A DNA stretch of 64,000 nucleotides from Candidatus Nomurabacteria bacterium RIFCSPLOWO2_01_FULL_41_18 (lineage in GTDB: Bacteria > Patescibacteriota > Minisyncoccia > Phycocordibacterales > UBA9973): the NCBI GenBank assembly GCA_001785865.1, contig MFUZ01000006.1:45674-109673 (forward strand). Direction: 5' to 3'. Every line of letters begins with the position of its first letter. Positions within the stretch are counted from its first letter, which is position 1. Of the stretch, positions 58,436-64,000 are shown piece after piece. A program made the translations under genes and the position numbers. Below the pieces are notes generated by a model. It had not been told where the DNA came from. It searched no databases and was given only the letters and a program-made list of their open reading frames with translations.

Positions 58436-58822
58436 CTATCTACATGAGCTCGAAAGCTCATATCCGGCGTTTTCGGCCTGCTCTTTGGTGGCGAAGTAAA
58501 CCCTATTTTCTTGCTTGATAGTTTTTCCCCCAGAACATCCTACAGAATAATATTTCTTTCCCCTGTTTGAAGCGAAGAAATTTTTAGCAGTTGGATTTAA
58601 AACTGTAGGAGAAATTTTCGTATTTTCTAATAAGCTGGAAGTTTCTACGGCAGAAATGACGCTGGCTTCCTGCGACGGATACTCTATTTTTATGCCTGAA
58701 GAGGCACTATCTTTGGACAGCCGGCCAAGCTCAAATGAGCCCAAACCTACCAAAATAACGATAATAATTACCATTATATCCTTCCCTTTCTCACTCTGTA
58801 CAAATTGCTTGATTTTTTCCAT
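58436..58822 (-). CDS. Membrane-anchored protein with Ada-metal-binding-like C-terminal domain
   Basis: TM helix, then ASNRGKKYY...C....I...NRVYF.....A..AGY....C. Confidence 0.7.
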   Translation of the reverse strand: MEKIKQFVQSEKGKDIMVIIIVILVGLGSFELGRLSKDSASSGIKIEYPSQEASVISAVETSSLLENTKISPTVLNPTAKNFFASNRGKKYYSVGCSGGKTIKQENRVYFATKEQAENAGYELSSSCR

Positions 58823-58840
58823 GTCCTGATATATAGTTAT

Positions 58841-58870
58841 TACGTAATAGATTACGTAATCTATTACGTA
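58841..58870. repeat. Perfect 30-bp palindrome between divergent genes
   Basis: tacgtaatagattac|gtaatctattacgta. Confidence 0.95.
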
Positions 58871-58892
58871 TTTATTCTAACATAAAAACAAT

Positions 58893-59165
58893 ATGGCACA
58901 TAGAAAAGCTGGCGGTACCGCCAAAAATTTAAGAGACTCAAACCCGCAATACCTAGGTATTAAGCTTTATGATGGCGAAAAGGCTCAATCTGGGGCTATT
59001 ATCGTCAGACAGCGTGGTACGACCGTTTTAGCTGGTACAAACGTCGGTATGGGCAAAGATCACACCTTATTTGCCCTAAAAGACGGCATAGTCAAATTTG
59101 GCTCAAAACGCAAAACTTCATTCAACGGCAAAGGCAAGGTCAATAAAATAGTTAATTTGGTGTAG
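58893..59165 (+). CDS. rpmA: 50S ribosomal protein L27
   Basis: MAHRKAGG...N.RDS...[22 protein letters not shown]. Confidence 0.98.
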   Translation: MAHRKAGGTAKNLRDSNPQYLGIKLYDGEKAQSGAIIVRQRGTTVLAGTNVGMGKDHTLFALKDGIVKFGSKRKTSFNGKGKVNKIVNLV

Positions 59166-59239
59166 CTAGCTTTTAACTAAAACTCGTGTAATATGTAAGT
59201 GAAGTAAACAAGTTCAACCCCTAACCAAAGGAGTTTGTT

Positions 59240-59584
59240 GTGATTAAGCCAATATGCGATCTTGTCGCTTGCATGAAAGAATTGATGCAGTATGGTGCGA
59301 TTCTTGTGGGACCGCGGACGAAAAAAGGAAAAGCAAGAAAGCAACACGTCTGCTGTCCTTCATGCTACAAGAAAATCAAGAGTCAACGCGGTTTCTTTCG
59401 TTCAATCATTGGAGCAGAAATACGTGGTCCAATCTTGCTCGGTCCGCCAGGGAAAAGTGGAAAAGGAATGGTGGATAGATACGACATCTCTGTTGCATTC
59501 TACGAAAAGTTGCAACGTCGTTTCTTCCAGCGACCCAAGAAGAAAAGGAAAAGACAACAGCCTCATTCCTTGTATCACGCTTAA
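59240..59584 (+). CDS. Hypothetical basic Cys-containing protein with internal duplication
   Basis: SD aaggag, GTG start; GAILVGP...CYKKI repeated as GPILLGP...FYEKL; hairpin at 59599-59636 follows. Confidence 0.55.
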   Translation: MIKPICDLVACMKELMQYGAILVGPRTKKGKARKQHVCCPSCYKKIKSQRGFFRSIIGAEIRGPILLGPPGKSGKGMVDRYDISVAFYEKLQRRFFQRPKKKRKRQQPHSLYHA

Positions 59585-59683
59585 GAAAGGAAAAACTCAC
59601 CACCCGACACGAAGCCATGCTCGTTTGGGTGGTTTTCGTTTCTATGTCAAATCTGCAAACTTTAGTTGAGTAAAGTGATTATA

Positions 59684-60427
59684 TTATTGTGTTATTAAAA
59701 AATCAGTTATTGTCTTTAGCATTTCCTTAAAATTATTTTCCTCCTCGTAGCGGTGATTTGCTCCCTCGACTACTTTCAATTTTGCGTTGGGGATTATTTT
59801 TACTAATTTTTTGCTTTGACTTACAGGTACAGTTTCATCAGCACCGCTGTGTATTATCATGGTAGGTATTTTTATTTTCTTTGCAGATTTGTAAGCATCG
59901 TATTTTAAATAGTCTTCTACGAATGAATAATCAAGTATTAATCCTACATTGGGTAATGAAGAATTTGTTTTTTTAGCTTTCCATTCTGCAATACCAGCCT
60001 TACCATATTTATTTAAATAGACCTCGTGGTAATCGCTAACTGGAGATTTTAGGACTAAAGCATATATATCCTTAGACTTAGATGCAGTGATTGTCGAACT
60101 TAATCCGCCAAAACTACTTCCCAATAAAATTATTTTCTTGAAACCTTTTTCTTTAACTAATTTTATAGCTTGTAACGTGTCATCAATACTTTCAGATAAA
60201 TCTGACTCTTCAAATTTTCCGTCGCTTTCACCGTTCCCATAAAAATCAAAACGTAAAGTAGAAATACCTTTTTTGTTTAAAATGGGCACCAAATTCTCAA
60301 AAGATTTATTGTGTTTTCCGCTCGAGTGCCCATGGCAAAGGACAGCTATTTTGTCTTTTCCAACATCGGAAAGCAATCCAGCAAGATTCTCTCCTTTTGA
60401 ATTCTGAAAAATTGTCTTTTCTTCCAT
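59684..60427 (-). CDS. Alpha/beta hydrolase
   Basis: LCHG; RFDF.G.GES.G; GSSFGG nucleophile; D..VP; GANH. Confidence 0.92.
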   Translation of the reverse strand: MEEKTIFQNSKGENLAGLLSDVGKDKIAVLCHGHSSGKHNKSFENLVPILNKKGISTLRFDFYGNGESDGKFEESDLSESIDDTLQAIKLVKEKGFKKIILLGSSFGGLSSTITASKSKDIYALVLKSPVSDYHEVYLNKYGKAGIAEWKAKKTNSSLPNVGLILDYSFVEDYLKYDAYKSAKKIKIPTMIIHSGADETVPVSQSKKLVKIIPNAKLKVVEGANHRYEEENNFKEMLKTITDFLITQ

Positions 60428-60430
60428 GAG

Positions 60431-60874
60431 CTAGATTCTCTCCACCACAAGTTTAAACGAAGACTTTTTACCTTTTATGGAGATGGGGATTTCAAATTCC
60501 CCTATTTGTTTGATCGGTTTTTCGAGGACGATAAATTCCTCGCTGATTTCCGCATGATTCTGCTTGCTCATCGCTTCCTTAATTTCTTTTTTGTGAACTT
60601 GGGCAAAGAGATGCCCTTTTTCGTCAGCTTTTTCTTTTATAGTGATAGTTTTGCCTTTTATAGCTTCCAGATTTTTTAAAAGTAAGCTTTCTTGCACTTC
60701 CCTTTCAATCGCGATTTCTTTCTTGCGCATTTCTAGCTCTGCTAGCGCTCCTTTGGTGGCGGTGATGGCGAGCTTCCTTGGTAATAGGAAATTCATGGCA
60801 TAACCATCGTTCACTTCTTTTGTCTCGTATTTTTTTCCCACTCTTGGTACATCATGTAAAAAAATTACTTTCAT
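60431..60874 (-). CDS. rplI: 50S ribosomal protein L9
   Basis: MKVIFL.DV..VGK..E..EV.DGYA.NFLLP..LA..AT; PIK.IG. Confidence 0.97.
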   Translation of the reverse strand: MKVIFLHDVPRVGKKYETKEVNDGYAMNFLLPRKLAITATKGALAELEMRKKEIAIEREVQESLLLKNLEAIKGKTITIKEKADEKGHLFAQVHKKEIKEAMSKQNHAEISEEFIVLEKPIKQIGEFEIPISIKGKKSSFKLVVERI

Positions 60875-60877
60875 ATT

Positions 60878-62092
60878 TTATTTCCAATTACGCAATAACT
60901 CTACAGCTTTATCCATTTGCGGATCTTTTTTTGCTTCTCGATCTTCCTTGGTGATCTCGACAGCATAATCAGGGGTCAGGCCCTTGTCTGAAATAGAAGT
61001 TCCGTTCGGGGTCAGCCATTTTGCGACGGTGATCTTGAGCAGAGTGTCCGGCGTGATCTTTATTGCTTCCTGGACGGAGCCCTTGCCGAAGCTCTGGCTA
61101 CCGACGAGCTTGGCTCGTCCGTGGTCCTGCATGGCACCAGCGACGATTTCGGAAGCTGAAGCAGAGCCCTCGTTTATCAGGATTACAAATTTCAGATTTT
61201 CACTAAATTTATTGACACCTCGGCTCCGGAATATTTCTGGCTCCCTGTCCTCACCATAGTCTTCGGTGACAATAATCTTTCCGTTTGGCAAGAACCAGCT
61301 CGATATATTTACCGCCGAATTAAGATATCCGCCAGGGTTGCCTCGCAAGTCCAGCAATAATTTGTCGGTTTTAGATTCGGCAAATTTTCTGACCGCGTTG
61401 TAGAAAAGATTGGTAGAGTTTGCAGAAAAGCTGTAAAGTTTGATCACGAAAATGCCATCAGGCCGTAGCTCGGTATCGAGTGTGGGAATATTGATGACAT
61501 CTCGCACTATCTTTATCTCAATCGGTTCTTCCTCTCCCTCGCGAATAATAGTGAGCGTGACCGTAGTGCCTTTTTCTCCTCGTATTAGTTTGATGGCTTT
61601 TTCAAGGCTCAAGTCGGTGGTGATAGTATCATCTATCTTGAAGATCTTGTCGCCGGGTTTTATATTTGCGCGGTAGGCCGGAGTACCTTTGAGAGGGGCA
61701 ATAACAGTGAGGATCTTGTCTTTCAGGGCGACTTCCATGCCGACTCCAATGAAATTACCCGATATTTCCTCCTCAAAAGACTTTGCCTCTTCTGGGCTGA
61801 AAAATACGCTGTACGGGTCTTCTAGCGAGCCTACAAGGCCGGAAATAGCCCCGTAAATCCTTGCTTGGTCGGTGGTTTTGTCGGCTCCGGGATATTTTTC
61901 ATTAATTGCATTCCAGACTTCCCAAAACGGAGAAAAATCAGCTTCAGTTGCAACTTCAGTTTCCTTATTCGCAAGCGAAATCTTATCTATATAAGGAGCA
62001 TTGATTGCTCCTACATGAATACCGCCCCAAAAGGCTCCAAAAATGACGAGGACGATAATTATATTTTTTGTTTTATTTGAAAAATTTTGCAT
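60878..62092 (-). CDS. S41 carboxyl-terminal processing protease with PDZ domain
   Basis: LDLRGNPGG; SASASEI.AG; SFGKGSVQ. Confidence 0.95.
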   Translation of the reverse strand: MQNFSNKTKNIIIVLVIFGAFWGGIHVGAINAPYIDKISLANKETEVATEADFSPFWEVWNAINEKYPGADKTTDQARIYGAISGLVGSLEDPYSVFFSPEEAKSFEEEISGNFIGVGMEVALKDKILTVIAPLKGTPAYRANIKPGDKIFKIDDTITTDLSLEKAIKLIRGEKGTTVTLTIIREGEEEPIEIKIVRDVINIPTLDTELRPDGIFVIKLYSFSANSTNLFYNAVRKFAESKTDKLLLDLRGNPGGYLNSAVNISSWFLPNGKIIVTEDYGEDREPEIFRSRGVNKFSENLKFVILINEGSASASEIVAGAMQDHGRAKLVGSQSFGKGSVQEAIKITPDTLLKITVAKWLTPNGTSISDKGLTPDYAVEITKEDREAKKDPQMDKAVELLRNWK

Positions 62093-62128
62093 ATGTTTAG
62101 GTCTAGTTTTATAAGGAGTAATTCAGGC

Positions 62129-62368
62129 TTAGTTAGTTGTTTCGTCTGTTGCTTCTCCGCCCTTAAAATTATTTTCTGAAAAATTATCGAAGGTAGTCTC
62201 CTTCTTGATTCCCTGCGTTTTAAAATCCCGATACAGCATAAAGCTCGCAACAATAAGTGCGATTCCAGAAAGAGACGTCAGGATATCTTGCCATGAATAC
62301 GGAAAGCCAAGATGTGGCAGTACAGCCAGCCATATACCCGAAATCAAAAATATATACGCTTTGCCCAT
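62129..62368 (-). CDS. Small two-TM hypothetical protein
   Basis: GIWLAVLPHLGFPYSW pattern and two hydrophobic helices. Confidence 0.65.
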   Translation of the reverse strand: MGKAYIFLISGIWLAVLPHLGFPYSWQDILTSLSGIALIVASFMLYRDFKTQGIKKETTFDNFSENNFKGGEATDETTN

Positions 62369-62392
62369 AGGGGTATTGTATAAAAATAAAAC

Positions 62393-63484
62393 TTAATAAG
62401 CAATAGCGTTTGCAGAAAGAGAGCTTGCTGGCACCTGTGTATCTTTGTGGAGCATCCTGATGTTCACGAACAATAAGACGAAGATAATAGCCATGAGGCC
62501 GATACCCCTTGCTACCATGAACGGATGAGCCCTTTCTGCCTTGATAAACATGATGAGAAGCAAGGCCAAGATAACGAGGAGCACTATGCCTGCAAAAGTG
62601 TAGGTCACATATTCACGGGGCGAAGTCAGGACTTTTTGGATAAAGGATTTTATTTGAGATGGCGCGGCCACACTCTCCACCTTCACCTCTCTCGATTCTT
62701 CACCCAAGACTTGGATCGTGGTCGGAGCCACGACTACAGCTGTTTCAGCTGGGGTGACTTCAGGCTCGCTTGTGGGAGGAAGTGTGATTGGAAGGTTGGA
62801 AGGAGCGGGAGCAGGCGGGAGAGTTTGCGGTTCTAGTTCTGGCGCGGGCTCCGGAGTCACAGCTACGAGTGTAGGTGGTACTGGGGCAGGCTCGATGGTG
62901 GGAGCGGTCACTATGGCCGGTGTGCCGAATAATTGCGCCACGAAGACTGTATCTCTGCCTTTATATACCCCGCTCGCTATGCCAATGCCTATTTCTTTAT
63001 AATTTGCTTTAATTATATTTTCACGATGTGACGGCGAATCCATCCAGGCTTCCGCAACATCGCTCGATTCAAAAAAATTAACTGCCAAATTTTCTCCCGC
63101 CGAAGTGTAACGATAGCCTACTTGCTCAAACCAATACCATGGAGTTTTTCCGTCCGGACTGGTATGGGCAAAATATCCATTAGTCGCCATGTCTTCTGCT
63201 TTCATTTGAGCCGCGCGATTCAGGAGTTCGTTCTGTGTGAGTGGCGGGACATCATTTTCCGCGCGTTTTTCGTTGGTGAGTGTCGTGAGCACTCCAGGCA
63301 GGACTGCGGCGAGGAAATTTGTTTTATCAAAGACGATAAATACTTGCGCTAGAAATGTTATCTCGATAATTAGAATCACGATGATAGATATCAGCATGGA
63401 TTCGTGGCGGAGAAAATGAGGCCGAAATTCATTGTGTTCGTGCGGAATGAAATATTTTTTTAACCACTTTGAAAGTTTTTGCAT
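62393..63484 (-). CDS. CAP (SCP) domain membrane protein with Pro-rich linker
   Basis: LTNEKR; AAQ.KA.DM....YFAHTSP.G; GENLA; WMDSPSHRENI; EIGIG. Confidence 0.92.
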   Translation of the reverse strand: MQKLSKWLKKYFIPHEHNEFRPHFLRHESMLISIIVILIIEITFLAQVFIVFDKTNFLAAVLPGVLTTLTNEKRAENDVPPLTQNELLNRAAQMKAEDMATNGYFAHTSPDGKTPWYWFEQVGYRYTSAGENLAVNFFESSDVAEAWMDSPSHRENIIKANYKEIGIGIASGVYKGRDTVFVAQLFGTPAIVTAPTIEPAPVPPTLVAVTPEPAPELEPQTLPPAPAPSNLPITLPPTSEPEVTPAETAVVVAPTTIQVLGEESREVKVESVAAPSQIKSFIQKVLTSPREYVTYTFAGIVLLVILALLLIMFIKAERAHPFMVARGIGLMAIIFVLLFVNIRMLHKDTQVPASSLSANAIAY

Positions 63485-63578
63485 GTCTATATATTATACA
63501 CTAATTAAGGGTAAAAGTCAACAAGAAACTAACTTATTTGCTCCTATTCATTTTAATCCATTCTAACCCACATATGCC

Positions 63579-63613
63579 AAAAAACAAAACCCTGCTTTGA
63601 GGCAGGGTTTTGT
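63579..63613 (-). terminator. Intrinsic terminator
   Basis: Minus strand acaaaaccctgc-ctcaaa-gcagggttttgt-ttttt. Confidence 0.8.
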
Positions 63614-63638
63614 CGGTATTCACTAGATTCCTCTAAAA

Positions 63639-64000
63639 TTAAAGCTTAGAAGGAACGTTTCGTAGGTTTTGGCTCCAGTTGATAAGATCCGTCGGGATAG
63701 GAAGATTTCCATATTCTGCCGGACACATCAATCTCTTTGCCTCTGCCAAGGATGTCTTGTAGAAGATGCCCGTCGGCTCGGTGATACCCCAAGGTTTGAG
63801 AATATTATCCTTTCTAGCGAGTTGAAAGGCTCGAACCGCGTTCTCTGTCTCGATTCCATATATTCCGTTTATGGCAAGTCCTCTGTTCATGTAGCTATTT
63901 AGGAAGCTCTGAAGAAGTTGTACTTGAGCAGGAACATTTCTGTGTCCAAGCCGCATATAGGTCTCTGTCGCAAGGCAGATATCTGTCGCTGCACCCAAAA
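63639..64000 (-). CDS. C-terminal part of a peptidoglycan-binding domain protein (runs off the window)
   Basis: QV..LQ.FLN......L.I.G.YG..T..AV..FQ; TG.F..T. Confidence 0.75.
   Translation of the reverse strand, partial: LGAATDICLATETYMRLGHRNVPAQVQLLQSFLNSYMNRGLAINGIYGIETENAVRAFQLARKDNILKPWGITEPTGIFYKTSLAEAKRLMCPAEYGNLPIPTDLINWSQNLRNVPSKL

Noticed and set aside
1..64000. Alternative genetic code (UGA=Gly, as in Gracilibacteria/Absconditabacteria)
   Set aside because: Conserved genes translate full length in code 11, and several (alaS, trpE, mraY, pepN) end at TGA.

Overview
AT-rich bacterial chromosomal segment (genetic code 11) with the gene content of a Patescibacteria/CPR organism, most likely Parcubacteria. 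Evidence: short AlaRS, archaeal-type AspRS, PaaX/Cas2-like regulator, FtsA-like plus baseplate-J-like gene pair, stand-alone VirD4/HerA-like ATPases, and many apparently leaderless genes. Housekeeping content: the alpha ribosomal operon (infA-rpmJ-rpsM-rpsK-rpsD-rpoA-rplQ-rplM-rpsI), grpE/dnaK/dnaJ, cysS, trpS, aspS, gltX, recR, dnaB, scpAB, mraY-ftsW-murG, rplU, rpmA and rplI. Main unusual features: (1) The grpE-dnaK-dnaJ cluster is split by five paralogous ~560-aa Cys-rich proteins and two VirD4/HerA-like ATPases; one ATPase carries the same CxxC-x17-CxxC module as the Cys-rich proteins. (2) Two unannotated leader-peptide attenuators lie about 2.5 kb apart: a Trp-Trp leader with a TrpR-type operator before an orphan trpE, and a Phe-rich leader before an unknown ~99-aa ORF. 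(3) A (GA)12 microsatellite puts a secreted peptidoglycan-binding surface protein out of frame, consistent with phase variation in the OFF state. (4) Short GC-rich palindromes appear inserted in frame in several proteins. (5) Perfect 30-34 bp intergenic palindromes share their arms. (6) A candidate structured ncRNA has its own promoter and terminator. No rRNA, clear tRNA, CRISPR array, transposase, integrase or reverse transcriptase was recognised. All calls come from reading the sequence by eye; no searches were run.
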